Shown here piece after piece: positions 1 to 7,670 of a stretch of 64,000 bases of DNA. The stretch covers positions 32,297-96,296 of the forward strand of contig CAYHIR010000001.1 of assembly GCA_964356815.1 (NCBI GenBank), written 5' to 3'. The notes under the pieces are model-generated. The model ran no database searches and had not been told where the DNA came from. It saw nothing but the letters and a program-made list of their open reading frames with translations. The translations under genes were made by a program, and so were the position numbers. The stretch comes from an uncultured Candidatus Saccharibacteria bacterium (GTDB lineage Bacteria > Patescibacteriota > Minisyncoccia > Phycocordibacterales > DATGWK01). Numbering within the stretch: position 1 is the first letter of the stretch; each line of letters begins with the position of its first letter.

Positions 1-657
1 AATTTTCTTGTCGGCCGAAGCAGTAATTACTTTCTGCAAAATCCCCTGCGTATCACGGAAAGAGCCGTCGCCTAGAAGAGCAATGAGATCGGCGGCATCT
101 GGCGAAAGTGTGAAGCCTTCTTTTTTGGCCACGCCCGCGATGAATTCACGCAGCACAGCCTGATGTGGTTTTTTAAATGTAAAAACCTGACAACGCGACA
201 CAACTGTCTCCGGCAATTTTTCCGGCTCGGTGGTGGCAAGAATGAAGAGTGCGTGCGCGGGCGGCTCTTCGAGTGTTTTGAGCAGAGCGTTGGCCGCGTC
301 TTTGGTGAGCATGTGTGCCTCGTCAATAATATAAACCTTGTATTTCGACTCAAAAGGCAAAGTACGCACACCCTCGCGAAGTTCGCGGATGTCGTCTATA
401 CCACGATTTGACGCGGCGTCTATTTCGTAAAGATCAGCGTCAATCGTGCCGAGTTCGCGGGCAAAAATACGCGCCACAGAAGTTTTTCCCGTGCCACGTG
501 AACCAGCGAAAAGATATGCGTGGGCAACGCGTCCGAGTTTTATAGAATTTTGGAGCACACTCACCACATGCTCCTGCCCTATGACATTTTCAAAAGTTGC
601 TGGCCGGTATTTTCTGTAGAGAACGAATTCATCTTTATGCGCGCCAGTTTTGTTCAT
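1..657 (-). CDS. dnaX: DNA polymerase III subunit gamma/tau, N-terminal part (gene continues beyond window start)
   Basis: Manual minus-strand translation from the ATG at 657..655 gives MNKTGAHKDEFVLYRKYRPATFENVIGQEHVVSVLQNSIKLGRVAHAYLFAGSRGTGKTS...YIIDEAHMLTKDAANALLKTLEEPP. This is a clamp-loader AAA+ Walker A/B pattern. The ORF runs off the window edge and is absent from the ORF track. Confidence 0.85.
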   Translation of the reverse strand, partial: MNKTGAHKDEFVLYRKYRPATFENVIGQEHVVSVLQNSIKLGRVAHAYLFAGSRGTGKTSVARIFARELGTIDADLYEIDAASNRGIDDIRELREGVRTLPFESKYKVYIIDEAHMLTKDAANALLKTLEEPPAHALFILATTEPEKLPETVVSRCQVFTFKKPHQAVLREFIAGVAKKEGFTLSPDAADLIALLGDGSFRDTQGILQKVITASADKKI

Positions 658-675
658 GATAAATAGTATAACAAA

Positions 676-950
676 AATAAAACCAGTCAGTTCTTACACA
701 ATGGAGTGCTTAAACTGACTGGCTACGATCGAACGATGGACGGTTGTCGACGACAAAGGGCTTCCTGAGGATGTTTTCGTTCGGGAACGAAGTCGGCCTT
801 GGCCACAAATCGAGTTGTTTTGTTCCCTAAACCCCAACGAGACCGGGTCGATATCGGTGCGGATTAGACTCAGTCCCATTTACCCTTCATAGTGGCAGCT
901 GCCACCAGTACTCGCCGCCTAGCATCGTGACGATCACAATTCTTCTCCCG
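676..950 (-). ncRNA. Unidentified ~275 nt transcribed element (structured ncRNA or attenuator-type leader) immediately upstream of dnaX
   Basis: Bounded by a sigma70-like promoter (minus strand TTGACA-17nt-TAGTGT) and an intrinsic terminator (CCAGTCAGTT/AACTGACTGG hairpin plus U-run at 683..722) about 20 nt before the dnaX ATG. No convincing protein ORF. SRP RNA, RNase P RNA and tmRNA core motifs were not recognised. Confidence 0.4.
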
Positions 951-956
951 CACAGA

Positions 957-985
957 ACACTACACCTGGGTTATTTTTCTGTCAA
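957..985 (-). promoter_or_regulatory. sigma70-like promoter (-35 TTGACA, 17 nt spacer, -10 TAGTGT) driving the element upstream of dnaX
   Basis: Reverse complement of 980..985 is TTGACA; reverse complement of 957..962 is TAGTGT; spacer is 17 nt. Confidence 0.4.
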
Positions 986-1002
986 CAGTTACAAATAAAA
1001 TC

Positions 1003-1042
1003 AAACAAAAAAAGACCCCGGCGCGCAATGAGCGGGCCGGGG
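1003..1042 (-). terminator. Rho-independent terminator (GC-rich hairpin CCCCGGC...GCCGGGG followed by U-run on minus strand)
   Basis: Plus-strand A7 run then CCCCGGCGCGCAATGAGCGGGCCGGGG. Read on the minus strand this is hairpin + UCUUUUUUUGUUUG. Confidence 0.6.
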
Positions 1043-1108
1043 CGAAGGTGTGTTGCGAGAAAACGATAGCAGCGAATGAGAAATTTGATCCAGCCGATCG
1101 TAGGCCGA

Positions 1109-1264
1109 TCAGTTTCCCGTGACGTTCATGGCGCGACGGCGGCGATGGAAGGGATCCTTGTCGGCGTCGTAGAGGGTGGTCGAGCGACGAGAAGCCTTGT
1201 TCGCCTGCCTGCGATCAAGAAGAGCCGTGCTGGCGCCGTTGTCAGTGGTGGTGAACGGTTTCAT
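1109..1264 (-). CDS. Small basic hypothetical protein (51 aa), GC-rich
   Basis: Manual translation: MKPFTTTDNGASTALLDRRQANKASRRSTTLYDADKDPFHRRRRAMNVTGN. AAAGGAA upstream of the ATG. Followed by the terminator at 1003..1042. Below the 60 aa cutoff of the ORF track. Confidence 0.3.
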   Translation of the reverse strand: MKPFTTTDNGASTALLDRRQANKASRRSTTLYDADKDPFHRRRRAMNVTGN

Positions 1265-1396
1265 CTGGGGATTCCTTTCATGGAAGCCTTCAAACTGAGG
1301 TAGCCCACAATGGCAAACCTCTCCATTGATTACATTACCACCCCTGTTTTTTCTTGCAACTCTTTTTTAAACGCCTGTGGATAAACAAATTTTAGC

Positions 1397-2458
1397 TTAG
1401 TACTGACCACTGGCTTCAATTATTTTTCGCACATCCCCCGCCGCGTTGGCTTCCATAAGTTTCAAACGCAATTCTTTTGCGCCGTCCCAACCGTTTACAT
1501 ATGCCTTGAAATGTTTTTTCATAATGGCGAAATTTTTTGTCTCGCCTAAAATTTCTTCAAAAAGTGCTGAGTGCTCGACGAGCGTTTCTAATCGCTCTTT
1601 TATGGAAATGCCTTTGGTTGGGTCGAATGAGTCGAAAGACTTGGTCCGATCAAAAAGCCACGGGTTGCCGAAGATTGCCCGACCGAGCATCACGCCGTCG
1701 GCACCCGATTCGCGAGCGCGCACTTCCGCCTCCGCTAGATTTTTTACATCACCGTTGCCAAAAATAAGTGTCTGCTTGTCGGCCGCGAGCGCGCCTTGCA
1801 CCTCATTTCTAATTTCCACCGCGCGTTTTACCTCTTCCCACCGCGCTGGCACTTTAGACATTTCTTTGCGAGTACGAGCATGAATAGTGACAACCGCCGG
1901 ATTTTCTGCGAGTAGAGCTGGGAGCCAAGTGTCGAGTTCGTTTTTATTGAAACCGATTCGAGTTTTAATCGAAACAGGCAGAGCGTCGGACAAATCGCCG
2001 CTTGAGCCAACCGCGCCTCTTTTGGCCGCGGCGATTATTTCGCGAGCAAGTGCTGGCGTTTTTATAAGAGCCGCACCAGCACCCTGTTTTTCTATGCTTT
2101 TGTCGGGGCAACCCATGTTGATATCGATGCCGTCAAACCCAAGCTCACGCGCCAGCCTCGCAACCTTTTCCATATTTTCTGGTTTGCTCGTAAAAAATTG
2201 AGCGACGATCGGTCGCTCAGCCTCAGTGAAAATCAGATCTTTCATGAGCTTGGAACGACCAAGAGCGTCGGCATGAATGAGACCATCGGCAGAAACAAAC
2301 TCTGTCCACATTACATCTGGCTTACCTCTCGCGGCGATGAGACGACGAAAAGCCGCGTCGGTCACATCGGCCATCGGTGCCAACACAAAAATCGGCGAGT
2401 TCTTCTGCCGCTTAAGTTTTTGCCAAAAATTTTCGGAGTTTTCTTTCAAGACTTTCAC
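1397..2458 (-). CDS. dus: tRNA-dihydrouridine synthase (Dus family)
   Basis: 353 aa; FMN/TIM-barrel Dus motifs (VLAPMADVTD, INMGCP, KTRIG). Confidence 0.85.
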   Translation of the reverse strand: MKVLKENSENFWQKLKRQKNSPIFVLAPMADVTDAAFRRLIAARGKPDVMWTEFVSADGLIHADALGRSKLMKDLIFTEAERPIVAQFFTSKPENMEKVARLARELGFDGIDINMGCPDKSIEKQGAGAALIKTPALAREIIAAAKRGAVGSSGDLSDALPVSIKTRIGFNKNELDTWLPALLAENPAVVTIHARTRKEMSKVPARWEEVKRAVEIRNEVQGALAADKQTLIFGNGDVKNLAEAEVRARESGADGVMLGRAIFGNPWLFDRTKSFDSFDPTKGISIKERLETLVEHSALFEEILGETKNFAIMKKHFKAYVNGWDGAKELRLKLMEANAAGDVRKIIEASGQY

Positions 2459-2468
2459 GAAAAAGAGT

Positions 2469-4283
2469 CTACCACCACAGACCTTGAATACCCAAATATT
2501 TCATTTGTGTTCGAGTGATAGATCCAAAATATCCAACGCTAGGAATGATGGCGTATTTGGCTTGGTATTCAGCCAAAGCATCTCTGGTGTAGTTTACAAA
2601 ATAGCCGGTAGCGCCGATGCGGGCCAGCTCCAAAGCTTTTTGTCCGACATTTTGGTCGATCAAAATTTTCTGTAATAGCCGGACATCTTCACCTTCCATG
2701 CCTACAGTGAGATCACGCACGAAAGATAGATTTTTTGAGTCCGAAATACCAAGCTGAGCCTGAAGATTGGCAATTCGATCCATCAAAAGATCCATAGCCT
2801 GCCACCCTTTGCCTTGTGATTCTAAATTTTTTACTCGCCCACGAAATGATGTGCCGCTGCTACCACCAGACGACTCTTGCGATGATGTTGGCTCGTCTAC
2901 GGTGGTAAAACTCCAAGTCGTAGTATCGGAAATACCAGCATAACTATTGCCGACAGAATCGTCGAAAGCGGTAGCGGCGATTTGGACATAATATTCTGTA
3001 GCATATTCCAATGAAGCTGAAGGATTTATAGTAATTGCCGACGCTCCACTTCCTGTCACCTGCCCACTTCCAACAGCAATGGCTTCAACCACCGAATCGT
3101 CGGATGATTTAAAGATCGTTATATTGCCAGTTTCAGCGTCTACATCTTCATCAAAAGTGACAATAAGATTTGCATCAATCGCCACATCGACAGCATTATC
3201 GGCAGGAGAAAAAGTTGATACCGTTGGAGCTGTGGTTTCTCCTTCAATAACCGTTACACTAAGACCGCTTTCGTTCGCCACATATACCTTTGTGCCAAGA
3301 CCAACCATAGAATATGGAGTGGCACCGACTGGCACGCTAGACACGGAATTGCCATTGGCAGTGTCTATAATGGAGACGGTATTAGCCCCAATATTTGCAA
3401 CATAAATTTTTGAGCCATTAGCTATTATTGCTTGAGGTCGATCACCAACATTTACAGTGGACACAGAATTGTTGTTTGCGGTATCTATTATAGATACAGT
3501 GTCGGCGCTATTATTTGAGACATAAACCTTTGTACTAGAAGCTATCACGATCGGACCCGGACTTCCGCTCATTCCGACAGTTATAGAAGTAGTTGCATTG
3601 CCGCTACTGGTATCAATTTGAGTAACTGTTGTACCAGTATTCGCCACAAAAACTTTTGTGCCGAGGCTAGTTATAGATGAAGGAGTTACACCCGTACCAA
3701 CGCCTAGAGAGGTCACAGAATTGTTGTTTGCGGTATCAATAATAGAAACATTTCCGTCACCCTCTGCAACATATACCTTTGTACCAAGTGAGGTCATTGC
3801 AACAGCAGAAAATCCAACATTAACGGTCTCGACCGAATTGTTGTTTGCGGTGTTGATGACGGACACAGTATTATCTCCACTGTTTAAAACATAAATCTTT
3901 GAACCGAGAACTATCTGGGCCAAGGGAGTACTTCCAACAGTTACCGTAGAGACTGAATTGTTGTTTGCGGTGTTGATGACAGAAACTGTACCATCGCCAG
4001 TATTTACTACATAAACTTTTGTGCCGAGAGCGACATTGAAATCTGGAGCACCTCCAACAGTTGCAGTAGTGATCGAATTATTGTTTTCTGTGTCGATAAT
4101 ATCCACCTCGCTCTCATCATAAATAGCCACATAGATTTTTGTACCGAGAGCGGCCAAGCCTCGTGGGCCGCTACCGGTGGTGACAGTAGCCACAACTTCA
4201 TCGGCCAAAACCACCTCTACTGGATAGTAGAGAATTGATAGTGTCAGAATGAGGGATAGAAACAGAGAGGTGATTTTTTTCAT
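2469..4283 (-). CDS. Secreted YVTN-type beta-propeller repeat protein with Ig-like domain and C-terminal putative peptidoglycan-binding domain
   Basis: 604 aa; signal peptide; about 10 repeats of GTKVYVANxGxNTVSVIDTANNNSV; Ig-like segment; C-terminal PG_binding_1-like helix bundle (LLQKILIDQNVG...ALAEYQAKYAI). Confidence 0.75.
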   Translation of the reverse strand: MKKITSLFLSLILTLSILYYPVEVVLADEVVATVTTGSGPRGLAALGTKIYVAIYDESEVDIIDTENNNSITTATVGGAPDFNVALGTKVYVVNTGDGTVSVINTANNNSVSTVTVGSTPLAQIVLGSKIYVLNSGDNTVSVINTANNNSVETVNVGFSAVAMTSLGTKVYVAEGDGNVSIIDTANNNSVTSLGVGTGVTPSSITSLGTKVFVANTGTTVTQIDTSSGNATTSITVGMSGSPGPIVIASSTKVYVSNNSADTVSIIDTANNNSVSTVNVGDRPQAIIANGSKIYVANIGANTVSIIDTANGNSVSSVPVGATPYSMVGLGTKVYVANESGLSVTVIEGETTAPTVSTFSPADNAVDVAIDANLIVTFDEDVDAETGNITIFKSSDDSVVEAIAVGSGQVTGSGASAITINPSASLEYATEYYVQIAATAFDDSVGNSYAGISDTTTWSFTTVDEPTSSQESSGGSSGTSFRGRVKNLESQGKGWQAMDLLMDRIANLQAQLGISDSKNLSFVRDLTVGMEGEDVRLLQKILIDQNVGQKALELARIGATGYFVNYTRDALAEYQAKYAIIPSVGYFGSITRTQMKYLGIQGLWW

Positions 4284-4295
4284 GAACTAAATTTA

Positions 4296-5237
4296 TTAGT
4301 TCTTCAATTTTACAAAAGCCTTACCAGAAAATCGGACATCGACTTTTTCTACCCGATCAATAAAAGAGCCGCGAAATTCTACCTGCTTCGCCGCTACGAT
4401 AGACTCGATATTCTGCAGAGTTTGTTCGTAACTCATTTTACGATTTACAACTATCACGCCGCCATTGGCCAAATGAAGCTCAAGCTCGCTTTCGGAAATT
4501 TCGACTATCGAAACTGTTTTGAGTCCGAGTTTAGCAACATCTTTTACAAATGAATTTAGTTTTTCAAAAGAAACTTGTGGCATGATGTGTTGACCAACCG
4601 GCGTAGTAGAATCTTCTGGTGTTTTTAAGAAACCGTTCCACATTATAAACACATCGCCACCAAAGACTGGCGCTTCAGAAAAAATGTAGCCAGTTTTGTC
4701 TAGATAAAAACATTTTTGAGCGGCGTCGGCCGCGACATTGGCCGCACTAACCGCGACATCGCCGCTTCCGTCGCTATCCCCACACCAAAGTGCGGCCGGC
4801 ACACGCTCGCGCACGCTCACCACAAGATCGTGAGGTGAATTGAAAGAAACTTCAGCGAACTCGATTGTCTTAAACAAGTTTTTTATATCTGCTTCAATAT
4901 TCTCGCGCGGTGCCAAAAGCAAATTGTTTCGCGAAAGCACACCGAGAAAAGCTGTGGCTGTTTGTTTTTCAACGATCTTTTTTATTTCTGACTCGGGAAT
5001 AAGACTCGCTCCACGAACATGAACAGCGGAAAGAGAGACTTGCGGCGAAAAAGAAAATCTTGATAGACCGAAACCGCTGGCGATGACAAGGGCAAAGGAA
5101 ACCAACACGATAACCCATCTTTTGCGACGGCGACGTTCGGCGAGTGTAGCTGGACGCTTGCCACCACGAGTACTCATAGCGCCACGACTACTTATTCTGC
5201 CACTTTTTATCCGATTAATTTTTATTTTATTGGCCAT
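4296..5237 (-). CDS. ftsQ: FtsQ/DivIB-like cell division protein (basic N-terminus, one TM, POTRA-like domain)
   Basis: 313 aa. Arg/Lys-rich N-terminus, TM, then VHVRGASLIPESEIKK...VRERVPAALW, which matches the FtsQ POTRA pattern. Confidence 0.5.
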   Translation of the reverse strand: MANKIKINRIKSGRISSRGAMSTRGGKRPATLAERRRRKRWVIVLVSFALVIASGFGLSRFSFSPQVSLSAVHVRGASLIPESEIKKIVEKQTATAFLGVLSRNNLLLAPRENIEADIKNLFKTIEFAEVSFNSPHDLVVSVRERVPAALWCGDSDGSGDVAVSAANVAADAAQKCFYLDKTGYIFSEAPVFGGDVFIMWNGFLKTPEDSTTPVGQHIMPQVSFEKLNSFVKDVAKLGLKTVSIVEISESELELHLANGGVIVVNRKMSYEQTLQNIESIVAAKQVEFRGSFIDRVEKVDVRFSGKAFVKLKN

Positions 5238-5259
5238 TTAAAATTTCTCGCTATTTTTA

Positions 5260-5291
5260 CTACACCGCCACTACACCGCCACTACACCGCG
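5260..5291. repeat. 11-bp tandem repeat x3 (CTACACCGCCA) straddling the serS stop codon
   Basis: Direct reading: ctacaccgcca ctacaccgcca ctacaccgcg. Confidence 0.6.
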
Positions 5292-6565
5292 CGTTCGATT
5301 TTTGTCTTTCCGCCCATGAATGGCTGGAGTGCCGCAGGAATATTTATCGAGCCATCTTCGTTTTGATTGTTTTCGAGCAACGGAACAAGAATTCGCGGAA
5401 TAGCGAGCGCGGTGTTGTTAAGCGAATGAACAAATTTGAGTTTGCCGTCGTCATCGCGATAACGAATGCCGAGGCGTCGTGCTTGGAAATCGTGGAAGTA
5501 TGACGCTGAATGAGTTTCGCGATAAGTATTTTCCGAAGGCACCCACGCTTCGATGTCGTATTTTTTTACTTGGCCCAAGCCGAGGTCGCCACCACAATTG
5601 AGCACAACGCGATACGGCAAACCAAGCGCCTGCATAATTTCTTCGGCATTGGCTGTGAGTTCTTCATGATGCTTCACCGACTCTTCATGGCTAGCTTCGC
5701 AAAGCACCACCTGCTCGTATTTATAAAATTCATGAACACGAATAAGACCTTTGGTGTCTTTGCCATGACTCCCTGCTTCGCGACGAAAACACGGAGAATA
5801 AGAAAGAATTTTTCGCGGCAAAGATTTTTTGTCGAGCACTTCGTCCATAAAATAACCCATGGTCGCCACTTCGGCCGAACCAGAAAGATGGTCGTCGTCT
5901 TGAGTTTTATACAAATCTTCTTCGCCTTGTGGCAAATAACCGGTGCCGATGAATGGCGCTTTTTTCACGAGTGAGGGAACGATCATTGGCGTGAAATTTT
6001 TGCCACCAAAATGAGCTAGGACAAAACTGCCAAGAGCTTGAGTGAGTAAAACAGCATCGTTCATTAATGTATAGCCGCGGAAACCAGCGACTTTTGCACC
6101 GCGTTCAAAGTCGGCCATGTTTAAATCGGCCATGAGCTCTAAATGATTTTTCGGCGTGAAAGAAAAATTTGGCTTCTCACCCCAAGTGCGGACCTCTACA
6201 TTTTCTTTATCACTTTTGCCTTCTGGCACAGACATGTCGGGAATATTTGGCACAGCAACCATGAGCGCCTGCCAAGCTTTTGTGGCTTCTTTAAGCTTAT
6301 CTTCTTCATCAGCCGCACTTTGCTTTATGGCGCGCATTTCTTCTATGAGTTTTGTGCGCTCTTCATCATTTGCGGCGGTGCCTGCGGCGGCGATTTTTTC
6401 ATTAGCAATTCCCTGTTCGGCCCGACGGACTTCCACAGTCGCCAAAAGCTTCCGACGGGCGTCGTCTACAGTAATGAGTCTTTGAAGATCGAAGCTTATA
6501 TGCTTCTTTTCGACCGCGGCCTTTATCAAATCTTGATTTTCTCTTATGAACTTTATGTCTAACAT
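5282..6565 (-). CDS. serS: Seryl-tRNA synthetase
   Basis: 427 aa; N-terminal coiled-coil arm plus class II core motifs. Confidence 0.9.
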   Translation of the reverse strand: MLDIKFIRENQDLIKAAVEKKHISFDLQRLITVDDARRKLLATVEVRRAEQGIANEKIAAAGTAANDEERTKLIEEMRAIKQSAADEEDKLKEATKAWQALMVAVPNIPDMSVPEGKSDKENVEVRTWGEKPNFSFTPKNHLELMADLNMADFERGAKVAGFRGYTLMNDAVLLTQALGSFVLAHFGGKNFTPMIVPSLVKKAPFIGTGYLPQGEEDLYKTQDDDHLSGSAEVATMGYFMDEVLDKKSLPRKILSYSPCFRREAGSHGKDTKGLIRVHEFYKYEQVVLCEASHEESVKHHEELTANAEEIMQALGLPYRVVLNCGGDLGLGQVKKYDIEAWVPSENTYRETHSASYFHDFQARRLGIRYRDDDGKLKFVHSLNNTALAIPRILVPLLENNQNEDGSINIPAALQPFMGGKTKIERAV

Positions 6566-6582
6566 ATTGGAATTAGTATAGC

Positions 6583-7608
6583 TTGCAGAGAGCTAAATTG
6601 CCACACAATATGGACGAATACCCAATAAAAATCATCCGGCGGCGCAACTTGCCGCCCATGCTTCAAGAAATTCCCCAGCCACCACCCCAATTATATGTGC
6701 GGGGTGATATCGACTGGCTGGGCAATGCTGGCGCGAGCGGCACGCGCGGCGAAAATGACCCGAAAATTTTATGCGTCGTTGGCTCACGACGAGCTACGAG
6801 CTATGGCCAAATGGCGTGTGAACAACTCATCGCTGGCTTAGCCGGACACAATATAGTGATCGTTTCGGGCTTAGCTCTTGGTATAGACTCGATCGCCCAC
6901 CGAGCGGCGCTCAAAGCTGGGCTCAAAACCATCGCTATTCCGGGGTCCGGTTTGGAATGGCGGGAAATTTATCCCAAAGTTCACTACGCACTGGCGCAGG
7001 AAATTTTAGAAAGCGGCGGAGCACTCGTCTCACCTTTTCCGCCAAATTTTACGGCTGCAAAATATAGTTTTCCCCAAAGAAATCGAATAATGGCAGGTCT
7101 CGCGCACGCGGTGCTCGTGGTGGAAGCACGCGAAAAAAGTGGCACACTCATCACCGCTCGACTCGCCACTGAATACAACAGAGATGTCGGTATCGTTCCC
7201 GGCTCAATTTTTTCCGAAAATTCCGATGGTCCACATCTATTAATGAGGCTCGGTGCGGCACCAATATGCAAAAGCGCAGATCTACTTGAGCTGCTCAGGA
7301 TTGAGACGGACACAGAGACAGAAAATTTGGCGGCGGAAAATTTACTCGGCACAAAAAATGGGACAACCGCGCCGAAAAATGTCGCGTCGAAAAAAATCTT
7401 CAACATTTCTCATTTCGCCGAAAAAAATAATGCTTTGGGCAAGAATGAAAAGTTCATAGCAAAAATTTTAAAAAGCCCACTGACCTTCGATGAGCTCGTC
7501 GAGCAATCCAAACTTTCAGCGCAAGAAGTAAACATTGCGCTGTCTAGTTTGGAGATAATGAAACTCGTTACCATTCGCGGCGGCATTATTACGCCAAATA
7601 TTTTTTGA
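6583..7608 (+). CDS. dprA: DNA processing protein DprA (Smf)
   Basis: 341 aa; Rossmann-like DprA core (VVGSRRATSYG...SGLALGIDSIAH...RNRIMAGL). Confidence 0.85.
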   Translation: MQRAKLPHNMDEYPIKIIRRRNLPPMLQEIPQPPPQLYVRGDIDWLGNAGASGTRGENDPKILCVVGSRRATSYGQMACEQLIAGLAGHNIVIVSGLALGIDSIAHRAALKAGLKTIAIPGSGLEWREIYPKVHYALAQEILESGGALVSPFPPNFTAAKYSFPQRNRIMAGLAHAVLVVEAREKSGTLITARLATEYNRDVGIVPGSIFSENSDGPHLLMRLGAAPICKSADLLELLRIETDTETENLAAENLLGTKNGTTAPKNVASKKIFNISHFAEKNNALGKNEKFIAKILKSPLTFDELVEQSKLSAQEVNIALSSLEIMKLVTIRGGIITPNIF

Positions 7609-7670
7609 CGGCCGCTACGGCGCGGCCAAATTTGCTTTAACCAAATCTTTGTAGTATTAGTTAATACGCC

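Noticed and set aside
694-1010. Possible SRP RNA (ffs), RNase P RNA or tmRNA upstream of dnaX, including a plus-strand '...VLAA-stop' tag-like codon run near 925
   Set aside because: SRP helix-8 (GGAA tetraloop/AGCAGCC) and RNase P CR-I/CR-IV motifs are not found. RNase P RNA is clearly located at 62152..62578. The LAA-stop run lies on the opposite strand from the promoter/terminator pair and there is no tRNA-like domain. Kept only as an unidentified transcribed element.
1446-2675. Multiple plus-strand ORFs (1446..1883, 1537..1767, 1887..2201, 2198..2518, 2277..2675)
   Set aside because: They are antisense to dus and the beta-propeller gene and have Ala/Arg/Ser-rich low-complexity translations typical of shadow ORFs.
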